Shown here piece by piece: positions 18,480-29,484 of a DNA stretch of 64,000 bases. A program made the position numbers and the translations under genes. The first letter of the stretch is position 1. Each line of letters opens with the position of its first letter. The stretch lies in IMG/VR virus record IMGVR_UViG_3300032829_000007, one strand, 5' to 3'. The notes beneath the pieces were generated by a model. That model worked only from the letters and a program-made list of their open reading frames with translations. It was not told where the DNA came from and searched no databases. This stretch comes from an uncultured virus (IMG/VR IMGVR_UViG_3300032829_000007) (lineage: Duplodnaviria; Heunggongvirae; Uroviricota; Caudoviricetes).

Positions 18480-18800
18480 ATGATTTCAGTTGTTAATAAA
18501 TATAAACATAAACCAACAAAAAATGATATTTATATTGGACGTGGAAGTATATTAGGTAATCCATTTTCTCATTTAAAAGGAACAAAAGCTTTATATATTG
18601 TTGAATCACGTGAAATAGCTATTGAAAAATATGAAATTTGGCTAAGAGATAAAATAAAAAATAAAGATATTGAAATTTGTAAAATGTTAAATGAAATTTG
18701 GTTAAAAGCAAAAAAAGAAGATATAAATTTAATTTGTTATTGTTTTCCAAAACTATGTCATGGTGATATAATTAAAAAAATAATTGAAGAAAATTTATAA
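18480..18800 (+). CDS. DUF4326-like protein
   Basis: IYIGRGSILGNPF..LICYCFPKLCHGDII. Confidence 0.8.
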   Translation: MISVVNKYKHKPTKNDIYIGRGSILGNPFSHLKGTKALYIVESREIAIEKYEIWLRDKIKNKDIEICKMLNEIWLKAKKEDINLICYCFPKLCHGDIIKKIIEENL

Positions 18801-18967
18801 AAATCCTTGCAATATATAAGATTTTAAGTTATATTTGTTATTATAAATATTTTATAATAAAATATTGATAATTAATATATTATATATGTTAATTATATAT
18901 TTGTTTTTTTATTTTGACTATTTATATTCACTAAAAATAACATTTATTTAAATAATATAGAAATTTT

Positions 18968-21900
18968 ATGGCTTTAGAAAAAAATGATTTTATTAAGTAT
19001 TCTTATGATGAAGTTTATAATGCAACATTAAATTATTTTAACAATGATATATTAGCAACAGATGTATGGATTAAAAAATATTGTTTAAAAGATTCTGAAG
19101 GAAATTTATATGAAAAAACACCTGATGATATGCATAAAAGAATTGCTAAAGAATTAGCAAGAATTGAATTAAAATATCCAAATGCATTAAATGAAAATAA
19201 AATTTATGAAACATTAAAAAATTTTAATAGAATAGTACCACAAGGATCTCCAATGAGTGGAATAGGTAATAACTTTCAAATTATAAGTTTAGGCAATTGT
19301 TTTGTTACCGGTAATGAAAAAGATTCAGATTCTTATGGCGGAATTATGAGAATTGATCAAAATATTGCGCAGTTAGAAAAAAGAAGAGGTGGTGTTGGAG
19401 TTGATCTAAGTTTTATAAGACCAAATAATTCACCAGTAAAAAATAGTTCATTAACATCAACAGGCATTGTTCCTTTTATGGAAAGATACTCAAATACTAC
19501 AAAAGAGGTTGGACAAGGTAATCGGCGCGGAGCTTTAATGCTATCATTATCAGTTAAACATCCAGATGCGGAAAATTTTATTGATGCAAAATTAGAACAG
19601 GGTAAAGTTACTGGTGCTAATATATCAATTAAGGTAGATGATGAATTTATGAATTGTGTTATTAATAATAAAGAATATATTCAACAATATCCAATAGATA
19701 GTAATAATCCAAAATATATAAAAAATTTAAATGCTAATAAATTTTGGAAAAAATTAATGCATAATGCTTGGAAATGTCTTCCATATAATACATATATTAA
19801 TATATTATATAATAATAATCCATTAAAAATAAAAATTGGAGAACTTTATGAAAATAAAGAAAAATATAAAAATTCTAAAATTTTATCAATAAATCTTTCT
19901 AATTTAAAATTAGAAAATAAAGAAATTATTGATTTTCAAAAATATAAAAATAATAAAAAAATTATATCATTAAAAACAAAAAATAATAATTTTGTTAGTT
20001 CAACTGAAGATCATATTTTTTATATATTAAAAAATGAAAAAATAATTGAAACAAATATTAATGATATTAATATTGGAGATTTTATATTAACATCAAAAAA
20101 AAATATTGAAAATAATTATGGCTGTGATTATATTAAATTAAATTTAGAATTTTTTGAAAAAAGAGATGGAATTTGGTTTGAAAATATACCCGTAAATTTA
20201 AAAGATGATAAAATAAAAAAAATATTAAAAAAATATAAAAATGATGAATATATATTAAATGGATATATTAGAAGAAAATTAATACCATTAAATAGTTTTA
20301 ATTTAATAAAAGATAATTTAAATATTGTTGGAGATATTTATATTAGACCAAATACCACAAATAATTCTGAAATGAATTATTCTATTAATAATTTTCATAT
20401 TGATGAAAATTTATCAAGATTTTTTGGCTTATGGCTTGCTGATGGATCATATCATGGATCAAATGTTAGAATAAGTAGTAATGAAAAAGAAATTAATGAT
20501 TATAAAAAAATTTATGATTATATATCAAAAAAATTTAAATGTAATTATTCTATTAATAAAGAATATACTGTTGAAATTGGATCAAAATTTTTAGTTAATT
20601 TAATGAAATCTTTAGGATTTTGTTATGTTAATGGAAATAAAATTTTACCAAAATTTATTAAATCAATGAGTAATAATAATATTTCTAATTTTATTGGTGG
20701 ATTTATTGATGGTGATGGTACTGTTAGTAAAGAAGGTACAATAACAATAAATCAATCTAATTTTGAATTATTAAATGATATTAAAGAATTATTAATGTAT
20801 TTTAGCGTTTATTCATCTATATATCCTAAAATAATTAAAGAAGGTAAAATAATAAAAAATAATTATATATTATCAATACAAAAATTTGATAATAAAATTT
20901 TTATTAATGATATTAAATTATTAATAAAAAATAAATATAATAGAATAAAAACATCAAAAATAAGTGTTAAAACAGCTATTCCTATTCCTCCTATACGTAA
21001 ATTAATAGAAAATTGCAAATTTAAAAATAGAATGTATTTTTATGATGGTGGTATTAGTAAATATACGTTAAAAAAACATTTAAATTCTAAAAATATACAT
21101 AATACATTTTTAGAATCATTATGTAATGAAGATATTTATTTTGATAAAGTAATTGAAAAAAAAGAAGAAAATAATCAAGAATATGTTTATGATATTACAG
21201 TTAAAGATAATCATACTTTTGTATTATCTAATGGTATTATTCTTTCAAATAGTGCAGAACCAGGAATATTGTTTTGGGATACTATTATTAATGAATCTGT
21301 TGCAGATTGTTATTCCGATTTAGGATTTAAAACTGTATCTACAAACCCATGTCAACCGGCATGGGCTAAAATTTTAACTCCAAAAGGTATTAAAGAATTA
21401 AAAGATGTAAATATTGGAGATGAAATTTGGAGTTCTGAAGGATGGACTAAAATTATTAATAAATGGTCTACTGGTATAAAAAAAGTTTATAAATATTCAT
21501 TAGATTTTAATAAAAAAATACCTAATACTAATTTAGAATATGCATTTTATGGTACAGAAAATCATAAAATAGTTGATATTGGAAAAAAAATAGAAGTAGA
21601 TAATGCTAAAAATATTGATTGTTTTTTAAATAATGTATTCGATGATTTTAAAACTAATTTTACAGATATATTATCTATTGAACCATTAATGATAAAAAAT
21701 AAAGAATTTATTTCAGAAGAAGAAGTGTTTGATATTACTGTTGATAATAATTCTCACACATATTGGACACAAGGTTGTAATGTTTCTAATTGTGGCGAAT
21801 TACCTTTATGTATTTCTGATAGCTGTAGATTATTATTATTAAATTTATTTGGTTATGTTATAAATCCATTTACTAAAGATTCATATTTTAATTTTGATTT

Positions 21901-23449
21901 ATTTAAAAAAGATGTTTATATTGCTCAAAGATACATGGATGATATAAATGATTTAGAAATAGAAAAAATTGAATCTATTTTAAACAAAATTAAATCAGAT
22001 CCAGAAGATGAATTTATAAAATTATATGAAATTGATTTATGGGAAAAAATTAAAGAAAAATTAATTTTAGGAAGAAGAACTGGTTTAGGAATTACTGGTG
22101 AGGGTGATATGTTAGCTGCATTAGGATATAGATATGGAACTGATGAAGCAACAGATTTTTGTGTAAATGTTCATAAGATATTAAAATTAGAAGCATATCG
22201 TTCATCTGTTGATATGGCTAAAGAAAGAGGAAAATTTTCTATATATGATTCAATAAGAGAATTAAATAATCCTTTTATAAATAGAATCAAAAATGAAGAT
22301 ATTGAATTATATAATAATATGGTTAAATATGGGCGTAGAAACATTGCATTATTAACTATTGCTCCTGCTGGTAGTGTAAGTATTTGTACTCAAACAACAT
22401 CTGGTATTGAACCAGTATTTTTACCAACATATAAAAGAAGAAGAAAAATTAATCCACAAGAAAAAAATATAAGAATTGATTTTATTGATCCAGAAGGTAT
22501 TGCGTGGCAAGAATATAATGTATTTCATCATAAGTTTGAATTGTGGCTTAAAATAAATGGATATGATATTGAAAAAGTTAAATTAATGTCTAAAGAAGAA
22601 ATTGATGAAATAATTAAATTATCTCCATATTATAAAGCAACATCAAATGATTTAAATTGGGTTAAAAAAATTGAAATGCAAGGAAAAATCCAAAAACATG
22701 TAGATCACTCTATATCAGTTACTTGTAATCTTCCTTCAGATGTAAATGAAGAAATAGTTTCTAAAGTATACGAAACAGGTTGGAAATTTGGATGTAAGGG
22801 TGTAACGATTTATCGTGATGGTTCAAGAAATGGTGTGTTAGTATCTAATGATAATAAAAATGAAAAAACAAATAATAATATAAATGAAAATAATGCACCT
22901 AAACGTCCTAAAAAATTAAAAGGTGATATTATTAGATTTCAAAATAATTCTGAAAAATGGATTGGAGTTGTTGGCTTATATAAAGATAAACCATATGAAA
23001 TATTTACAGGTAAATTAGAAAATGGTTTATCTGTATTACCATCTTATGTAAAAACATGTGAAATAGTAAAAAATATAATTGAAGATGAAAATGGTAGCAA
23101 GAAAAAAAGATATGATATTGAATATATAGATTTAGAAGGAAAAAAACAAATTTCAACTGGTTTATCGCATAAATTTAATCCTGAATTTTGGAATTATGCA
23201 AAAATGATTTCAGGATTATTACGTCATGGTATGCCATTAATATCATTATATAAAACAATTGATTCATTAAATTTAGATGATACAAATTTAAATACATGGA
23301 AAGCTGGTATATTAAGAATCATAAAAAAATATATTAAGGATGGAGAAAAATTAAGTGGATATAAATGTCAAGAATGCGGAAGTGATCAACTTGAATTTAA
23401 AGAAGGATGTCTTACTTGTATGAATTGTGGAAATAGTAAATGTGGATAA
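18968..23449 (+). CDS. nrdJ: Class II (adenosylcobalamin-dependent) ribonucleotide reductase with two inteins
   Basis: NCFV, RRGA, STNP/CGE split by an intein, TIAPAGS, SGIEP, KGVTIYRDGSR, C-terminal Zn ribbon EGCLTCMNCGNSKCG; no beta subunit gene nearby. Confidence 0.9.
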   Translation: MALEKNDFIKYSYDEVYNATLNYFNNDILATDVWIKKYCLKDSEGNLYEKTPDDMHKRIAKELARIELKYPNALNENKIYETLKNFNRIVPQGSPMSGIGNNFQIISLGNCFVTGNEKDSDSYGGIMRIDQNIAQLEKRRGGVGVDLSFIRPNNSPVKNSSLTSTGIVPFMERYSNTTKEVGQGNRRGALMLSLSVKHPDAENFIDAKLEQGKVTGANISIKVDDEFMNCVINNKEYIQQYPIDSNNPKYIKNLNANKFWKKLMHNAWKCLPYNTYINILYNNNPLKIKIGELYENKEKYKNSKILSINLSNLKLENKEIIDFQKYKNNKKIISLKTKNNNFVSSTEDHIFYILKNEKIIETNINDINIGDFILTSKKNIENNYGCDYIKLNLEFFEKRDGIWFENIPVNLKDDKIKKILKKYKNDEYILNGYIRRKLIPLNSFNLIKDNLNIVGDIYIRPNTTNNSEMNYSINNFHIDENLSRFFGLWLADGSYHGSNVRISSNEKEINDYKKIYDYISKKFKCNYSINKEYTVEIGSKFLVNLMKSLGFCYVNGNKILPKFIKSMSNNNISNFIGGFIDGDGTVSKEGTITINQSNFELLNDIKELLMYFSVYSSIYPKIIKEGKIIKNNYILSIQKFDNKIFINDIKLLIKNKYNRIKTSKISVKTAIPIPPIRKLIENCKFKNRMYFYDGGISKYTLKKHLNSKNIHNTFLESLCNEDIYFDKVIEKKEENNQEYVYDITVKDNHTFVLSNGIILSNSAEPGILFWDTIINESVADCYSDLGFKTVSTNPCQPAWAKILTPKGIKELKDVNIGDEIWSSEGWTKIINKWSTGIKKVYKYSLDFNKKIPNTNLEYAFYGTENHKIVDIGKKIEVDNAKNIDCFLNNVFDDFKTNFTDILSIEPLMIKNKEFISEEEVFDITVDNNSHTYWTQGCNVSNCGELPLCISDSCRLLLLNLFGYVINPFTKDSYFNFDLFKKDVYIAQRYMDDINDLEIEKIESILNKIKSDPEDEFIKLYEIDLWEKIKEKLILGRRTGLGITGEGDMLAALGYRYGTDEATDFCVNVHKILKLEAYRSSVDMAKERGKFSIYDSIRELNNPFINRIKNEDIELYNNMVKYGRRNIALLTIAPAGSVSICTQTTSGIEPVFLPTYKRRRKINPQEKNIRIDFIDPEGIAWQEYNVFHHKFELWLKINGYDIEKVKLMSKEEIDEIIKLSPYYKATSNDLNWVKKIEMQGKIQKHVDHSISVTCNLPSDVNEEIVSKVYETGWKFGCKGVTIYRDGSRNGVLVSNDNKNEKTNNNINENNAPKRPKKLKGDIIRFQNNSEKWIGVVGLYKDKPYEIFTGKLENGLSVLPSYVKTCEIVKNIIEDENGSKKKRYDIEYIDLEGKKQISTGLSHKFNPEFWNYAKMISGLLRHGMPLISLYKTIDSLNLDDTNLNTWKAGILRIIKKYIKDGEKLSGYKCQECGSDQLEFKEGCLTCMNCGNSKCG
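19775..21250 (+). mobile_element. Intein 1 with LAGLIDADG homing endonuclease (492 aa)
   Basis: AWK|CLPYNT..STEDH..GLWLADGS..GGFIDGDG..VYDITVKDNHTF..ILSN|SAEPG. Confidence 0.9.
21350..21790 (+). mobile_element. Intein 2, mini-intein (147 aa)
   Basis: TNP|CQPAWAKILT..GTENHK..VFDITVDNNSHTY..VSN|CGE. Confidence 0.9.
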
Positions 23450-23453
23450 TTAT

Positions 23454-24227
23454 ATGAGTAAAACAATAATTTGGACATTTGAAAAAGTAAAAGAAGAAGC
23501 ATTAAAATATAAAACAAGAAAAGAATTTAGATTAAATTCACCAAAAGCTTATGATGCTGCTGTAAGAAATAAATGGATTGAAGAATTATGTAAACATATG
23601 ATTAGATTACATAAGCCAAATAATTATTGGACATTTGAAAAAGTAAAAGAAGAAGCACTAAAGCATAAGACAAAAGGTGAATTTGAAAAAAATGCATCAG
23701 GTGCTTATGATGTTGCATTAAAAAATGAATGGATTAATAAAATTTGTTCACATATGATTTCATCACAAAAACCAACAAGTTATTGGACATTTGAAAAAGT
23801 AAAAGAAGAAGCATTAAAACATAATTCAAGAACTGAATTTTGTGAAAAATCTGGAAGTGCATATAATAAAGCAGCATTAAATAATTGGCTTGATATTATA
23901 TGTAAACATATGAAAACATTTGGGGATTATTATAAAAGATTAATATATGTTTTTGAATTTTCAGATAATTATGCTTATATTGGTTTAACTTGTGATATTG
24001 AAAGAAGAATAGAAGAACATAAACGTGAAAAGAAAAGTCAAGTTTATAAACATAAATTAAAAACAAATTTAGAACCTAAATGTATTATACTTACTGATTA
24101 TATCAATGTTAAATTAGCACAAAAATTAGAAGAATACTGGAAAAATCATTATAAAGAAAATGGATGGATTATTTTAAATATTGCTAAAACAGGTAGTATT
24201 GGTGGTGTTATTTTAAACAATATTTAA
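23454..24227 (+). CDS. GIY-YIG endonuclease-like protein with three N-terminal repeats
   Basis: WTFEKVKEEALK x3; LIYVFEF..AYIGLT..RRIEEH..LE..LN. Confidence 0.8.
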   Translation: MSKTIIWTFEKVKEEALKYKTRKEFRLNSPKAYDAAVRNKWIEELCKHMIRLHKPNNYWTFEKVKEEALKHKTKGEFEKNASGAYDVALKNEWINKICSHMISSQKPTSYWTFEKVKEEALKHNSRTEFCEKSGSAYNKAALNNWLDIICKHMKTFGDYYKRLIYVFEFSDNYAYIGLTCDIERRIEEHKREKKSQVYKHKLKTNLEPKCIILTDYINVKLAQKLEEYWKNHYKENGWIILNIAKTGSIGGVILNNI

Positions 24228-24255
24228 AATCTGATAAATATTATCAGATTTTTTT
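24228..24255 (+). terminator. Intrinsic terminator
   Basis: AATCTGATAA/TTATCAGATT stem plus T tract. Confidence 0.65.
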
Positions 24256-25242
24256 GTTTTATTAAAAAATAATTATTAAATTTGTAAATTAAAATATTAT
24301 ATAATATATGAAAAATATTGCAAAACTTTTAGATGCTGATTTTACTGAAGAATTAAAAATTAATAAAGTTAAATCATTTATTGATGATATATATTATTTT
24401 TTATTACATAAAACTTTTTTTTGGAGAATAAGATATTTTTTTAATTCTATAAAAAATATTATAAGATGGATACCTGTTTTATATAAAGATAGAGATTTTG
24501 ATGATTCATATATATTATATATTCTTGAATTTAAATTAAAAAATATTAGAGATAGATATATTAAAAGAAAATATTTTGTTGGGCAAGATAAAGAAATTTA
24601 TTGGTTAAATATTTGTCTTTATTTATTAGATTATATTCATAAAGGTAAAGCATGGGATGATGAAGAAGAAAATAAATATTTAAATTATAAAAATATTGAT
24701 TATATTGTTAAATATCCTGAAATAAAAGATATAAAACATTGGAAATGTGATGCAAAAGAAGAAAAAATATTATCTTTATTTTGGAAAATTATTTCTTGGA
24801 GAATTACTTATTGGTGGGATTAAAATAATTTTGTAACAATTAAATATTTTTATCGTAAATAATAAATATAAATAAATTTATGAAAAATAAAATAGGAAAA
24901 AGAATTCCAATATCATGGGCAAAAAAGATAGCTAATGAATTAGGATATACACAAGTAATAATTCATGCATATGATGGAGAATCTAATATGCAATGTGTAA
25001 CAACTTATGGAAAAACAATTGCAGATTGTGAAAATGCTGCTAAAGGTGGTAATACTATAAAAAGATTATTAGAATGGCCTGAAGAATTATGTAATGCAAA
25101 ACCAAAAAGAACTATTCCTAAAGTCCCTAAAAATGAAAGAAGTCAATTAAATGAAGGTACTGATAAGATAGAAATACTTCCTAAAATTGATATTAAAAAA
25201 GTAAAAAAATCTAATGAAGGAATATAATAAAATAAATTTATA

Positions 25243-25701
25243 ATGGATAATGATTTAAAAATAATATTAACTGTGGGAATTCCTGGTTGTGGAAAAACAA
25301 CTTGGACAAAAGAATTTTTAAAAAATAATTCTAATTATATAAGAGCTTCAAGAGATGAATATCGTTATATGCTTAGAAATGAACAATTTTGTAGTCCACT
25401 TATTGAAGCATTAATAACAAAATATATTATACATGATATTTTATTAGCATTAAATAATAATTTAAATGTTATTATTGATCAAACAAATCTTAAAGCAAAA
25501 TATTTAAATGGATTTATTAAATTATTACAACCATTAGCAGATATTGAATTTAAAATATTTGATATTTCATTAGATGAAGCTATTAAAAGAGATTCATTAC
25601 GTGAAAAAACTGTTGGAAGAACAGTTATTGAAAAAATGTATAAAGATTATATAAATCTTATGAATTCTGATTTTGATTTTTCTATAAGATATAAAAATTA
25701 A
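25243..25701 (+). CDS. Polynucleotide kinase domain (T4 PseT N-terminal-like)
   Basis: VGIPGCGKTT P-loop, SRDEYR, VIIDQTNL, AIKRDSLR. Confidence 0.8.
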   Translation: MDNDLKIILTVGIPGCGKTTWTKEFLKNNSNYIRASRDEYRYMLRNEQFCSPLIEALITKYIIHDILLALNNNLNVIIDQTNLKAKYLNGFIKLLQPLADIEFKIFDISLDEAIKRDSLREKTVGRTVIEKMYKDYINLMNSDFDFSIRYKN

Positions 25702-25942
25702 TAATCAATAAAATATATTATTATGAAATTTGAATTAAATGAAAAAGAAGTTGAAGCTTTTAATAAATTTATAAAAAAACTTCCTAAAAAATATAAAAAT
25801 ATGACATGGCAAATTATTTTTAGTGAAGGTAATGGTATTGGAAGATGTGTTGATATTAAAGTTGGTGATAAACAAAAAGATATAACAGATTATTCGTCTT
25901 GGTAAAATAAAAATAATTAATAGCAATTAAAATTATAAAATC

Positions 25943-26698
25943 ATGTTTGAAACATTAAATACAACAAATTTACTTTATTTAGATATTGAAACAACCCCAA
26001 TAGCTGAATCATATGATAATTTAAATGAAAATTATAGATCAGCTTGGAAATATTTTTGTAAGCAAAATTATCCAGATCTTGAATTAGATAATGAAACATT
26101 AAATAAATTATGGAAAACAAGAGCATCATTAATTCCAGAATTTTCAATGATTATTTGTGTTTCAATTGGAGAATATTTTTTAGAAAAAGAATCTAATGAA
26201 TTAACATTTAAGACTTGGACTAGGTTTTTAAAAAATGAAAAAGATAATGAAAATTTATTATTAACAGATATAAAAAATTATTTAGATAAAAAATCTGCTA
26301 AAAAATTAATAACACATAATGGAAAAGATTTTGATTATGCTTTTATGATTAGAAGATTTATTTGTAATAAAATATTACCACCAGTACAATTACAAATTTT
26401 TAATAAAAAACCTTGGGAAATTGAATTATTTGATACTAAAGAAATATGGAAATTTGGAAGTTCTAAATCTACATCATTAGTAGCATTATGCGTAGCACTT
26501 AATATTCCTTCCCCAAAAGAAGATATTGATGGATCAATGATATATGAAAAATATTATGATCTTACTAATAGAAATGAAAATATGAAAAAAATTGCAAAAT
26601 ATTGTTCAAATGATGTTAGAGCATTAGCATTAATTGTTCAATATTTATATTTATTAGATAATCCAGATAATATTTTACCTGAAATTAAATATGTTTAA
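25943..26698 (+). CDS. DEDD 3'-5' exonuclease (PolB-like)
   Basis: LDIET, HNGKDFD, YCSNDV. Confidence 0.85.
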   Translation: MFETLNTTNLLYLDIETTPIAESYDNLNENYRSAWKYFCKQNYPDLELDNETLNKLWKTRASLIPEFSMIICVSIGEYFLEKESNELTFKTWTRFLKNEKDNENLLLTDIKNYLDKKSAKKLITHNGKDFDYAFMIRRFICNKILPPVQLQIFNKKPWEIELFDTKEIWKFGSSKSTSLVALCVALNIPSPKEDIDGSMIYEKYYDLTNRNENMKKIAKYCSNDVRALALIVQYLYLLDNPDNILPEIKYV

Positions 26699-26733
26699 AT
26701 AATTTATCGGTTAAATAGCCGATATTAAAAATT

Positions 26734-27006
26734 ATGAATAAAATATATTTAAAAGAATTATATCTTACATATCCTGTTGAAGAATTATTTAATGATTTAA
26801 CAAATGGCATTGTTAGATCAAATCATTTAAATTATATATATTATTACAATGAAAATGATATACTTATTTTTCAATATAATAAAAAAAATGATATGTTTTG
26901 GTGTTCTTATAGTGAATATTGGAGTTCTTTTTATGAAAATTTTAAATTAGATAGATTATCAATTGAACATATTACAAAAGATTTAATAAAAAATATTTTA
27001 AATTAA
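26734..27006 (+). CDS. KELYLTYP family protein with decayed, frameshifted repeat-coding tail
   Basis: Paralog of 28162/45392/46320; 3' sequence reads YFKLNQIIP in a shifted frame versus HFKLKGITP. Confidence 0.65.
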   Translation: MNKIYLKELYLTYPVEELFNDLTNGIVRSNHLNYIYYYNENDILIFQYNKKNDMFWCSYSEYWSSFYENFKLDRLSIEHITKDLIKNILN

Positions 27007-27630
27007 ATCAAATTATTCCAAGAATTACATTTGATTAATAAAAATTTAAATAATATAAAAGTGTTAAATTCAGAAATAAAATATAAAATATCAACAGATT
27101 ATGAAAGACTTTATCAATTATTAAAAGAAGATAATATTATTATTGGTTTTATTGCTATTGATATAAATATAAATGGTACTCCAAATATGGAATACTCAAA
27201 ACTTGTAACAATGTCATATAATGCAAAGTTTAAATCATTTGATTTAGGCTTTACATTTTTTGAAATTGATTTTGATAAAATTAGATTTAATGAATTATGC
27301 AAAAAGCAAAATGTTCGTTTTATTGATTTAAATTAAAAAATTATTATTTTATGGCAACATTAATAGATTTAAAAGCAGAATTAGAACCTTTTAAAAATAC
27401 ATTAGTAATAGATGATTTTGATACCGTTGTAAGGTTAGTTGATGTTATTGATGGAGAAGATGATTACTATTGGGTATATGATTCGAGAAAAGGAATTTAT
27501 CATTCATCTTGTGTTGGTGGTTGGATACCATTGAAAGGATTTATAGAACAAGAAAAATATGATAGAATGGTTTATGTATGGAACTTAAATAATATTGAAA
27601 AGGCAATATAATTAAAAATTAATATTTATT

Positions 27631-28158
27631 ATGGAAAATTTAAAAATTATAAAAAATTTAATACCTTACGAATATTTTCGTATTAAAGCAACTGGTGAAT
27701 CTAAATTTACTTTTCATGCTGGTAGTTTTCATGATTGTTTATATAAAGCTGATATTCACGAAGCAAATATAATGATATATTCATCAATAATTCCGCCACA
27801 AGCAATAGAAATTGAAAAACCTAAAATATATCCTGGACAAGAATTAAAATGTATTATGTCAAGATGTGATGGAAGATATGGAGAACGTATTGGAGCAGGT
27901 ATTGCATTTGGAACTTTATATGATGATAATGATAATAAACATATAAGTTTAGTTGTTGAAAGAGCTGGTTCTTATGATGATGATACACTTATTGAAGCAT
28001 TGAATGATTCATTATATGAATTATATAATAAAACATTTTCAGATTATAAATTAGATGAATCTAACATAGAATATATAGTTAAATCTTTTGTACCTGAAGA
28101 TATATATGGAACAGTTTTAGTTGGATTATGTTTTAGTTCATATATACAAATAGATTAA
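27631..28158 (+). CDS. Pyruvoyl-dependent arginine decarboxylase-like protein
   Basis: SFHDCL..ADI..NIMIYSSIIPP self-cleavage motif, IGAGIAFG, LVVE. Confidence 0.75.
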   Translation: MENLKIIKNLIPYEYFRIKATGESKFTFHAGSFHDCLYKADIHEANIMIYSSIIPPQAIEIEKPKIYPGQELKCIMSRCDGRYGERIGAGIAFGTLYDDNDNKHISLVVERAGSYDDDTLIEALNDSLYELYNKTFSDYKLDESNIEYIVKSFVPEDIYGTVLVGLCFSSYIQID

Positions 28159-28161
28159 ATA

Positions 28162-28479
28162 ATGAATAAAATATCATTAAAAGAATTATATTTAACATAT
28201 CCGGTTGAATCTTTATTTTATCAACTTACAAAAGATTTAATTATTAAAATTGATAAAGATAAATATCCTAATTGGATATTTTATTTTAATCAAAATGATA
28301 ATTGTATTTTTGAATACAATACAAAAAATGGATATTTTTGGTGTAATTATAAATTATATTGGTCAAATTTTTATGAAAAATTTGGTTTTAATTATAATCA
28401 AGTCAGAGATTTAACAAAAGATATGGTGGAAAACCATTTCAATTTGAAGGAAATTACACCTTTTATAAACAAGAATTAG
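28162..28479 (+). CDS. KELYLTYP family protein, array-associated
   Basis: Ends in VENHFNLKEITP encoded by the first 36-nt repeat; stop lies in spacer 1. Confidence 0.75.
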   Translation: MNKISLKELYLTYPVESLFYQLTKDLIIKIDKDKYPNWIFYFNQNDNCIFEYNTKNGYFWCNYKLYWSNFYEKFGFNYNQVRDLTKDMVENHFNLKEITPFINKN

Positions 28480-28752
28480 ATAAATTTCTTGGTGGAAAAC
28501 CATTTCAATTTGAAGGAAATTACACCTGGCTTTGAATTTCCTTTGCCTGAACAGGTGGTGGAAAACCATTTCAAATTGAAGGAAATTACACCACGTATTT
28601 CAATTTAAAGGAAATTACATCTTACTGGCTTTATGCCCACATGATAGATGAAATAGAAAGCCATTTCAATTTAAAGAAAATTACGTCTAGCAATTTTCAT
28701 ATGGTCAATACAATAAGATAGAAAATTATTTTAAATTTAAGAACATTAAATA
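28425..28752 (+). CRISPR. CRISPR-like mini-array A (36-nt repeat GGTGGAAAACCATTTCAATTTGAAGGAAATTACACC)
   Basis: Repeats at 28425, 28491, 28557, partial 28597, degenerate 28652 and 28717; unique spacers of 30, 30, 30 and 29 nt. Confidence 0.8.
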
Positions 28753-29484
28753 AAAAAAATAAAATTTTAAATAAATTTTTATTTTTAAAAATAAATTACT
28801 AATTTTACTATTTATAAAAAACAATTATTAGATGTTTTGTCTATATTGTAATAGTGAAATGGTTTTTATTAGTAATACTGAAGGAGATTATTGGTATTGC
28901 TCTAAATGTAAAGAAATACATTTTATTTACTCACCTTTAAATATTTAAAACATGAAAACATATAAATTAATTTATTTTCCAATAGCTATTTTGTTATGTG
29001 GATTATTTTATTATCTTAGTAGTAAAATTTATTTTTTTTATTATATTAGTATTGGAATTTTTTATTTAATTGCTATATCTACTATAATATTGTTTATTAT
29101 TGGAGTTAAAAATTCTTTTAAAAAATAATATTATTAATTATAATTTTTATTTTAAAATTTTTATTATGAAAATAAAAAATTTTGAAAGATTTGATTTTAA
29201 TGGAATTAAAATTAATGGTACTTGTTATGAAATTATTGAAAGAAATGAAGAAAGAAGATATATATGTGAAGTTATTGATGATGATATCATATATAGAAGT
29301 CAAGACACTGATTTAAATATGTGCATTGATTCATTAAAAGAATTATTTTACATAACAAAAAATATTAAAGAATTTAATGTTATTCATTTATATAATTAAA
29401 TAAGATTTTTTTTATAAAATTTAAATTTTTATTTGCATATTTCCATTTTAATTTATATTTTTGAATTATAAATTTTAATTACAA

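Noticed and set aside
23469..23820. TGGACATTTGAAAAAGTAAAAGAAGAAGCA repeated three times as a CRISPR array
   Set aside because: About 156-nt in-frame period with homologous intervening sequence; these are protein domain repeats
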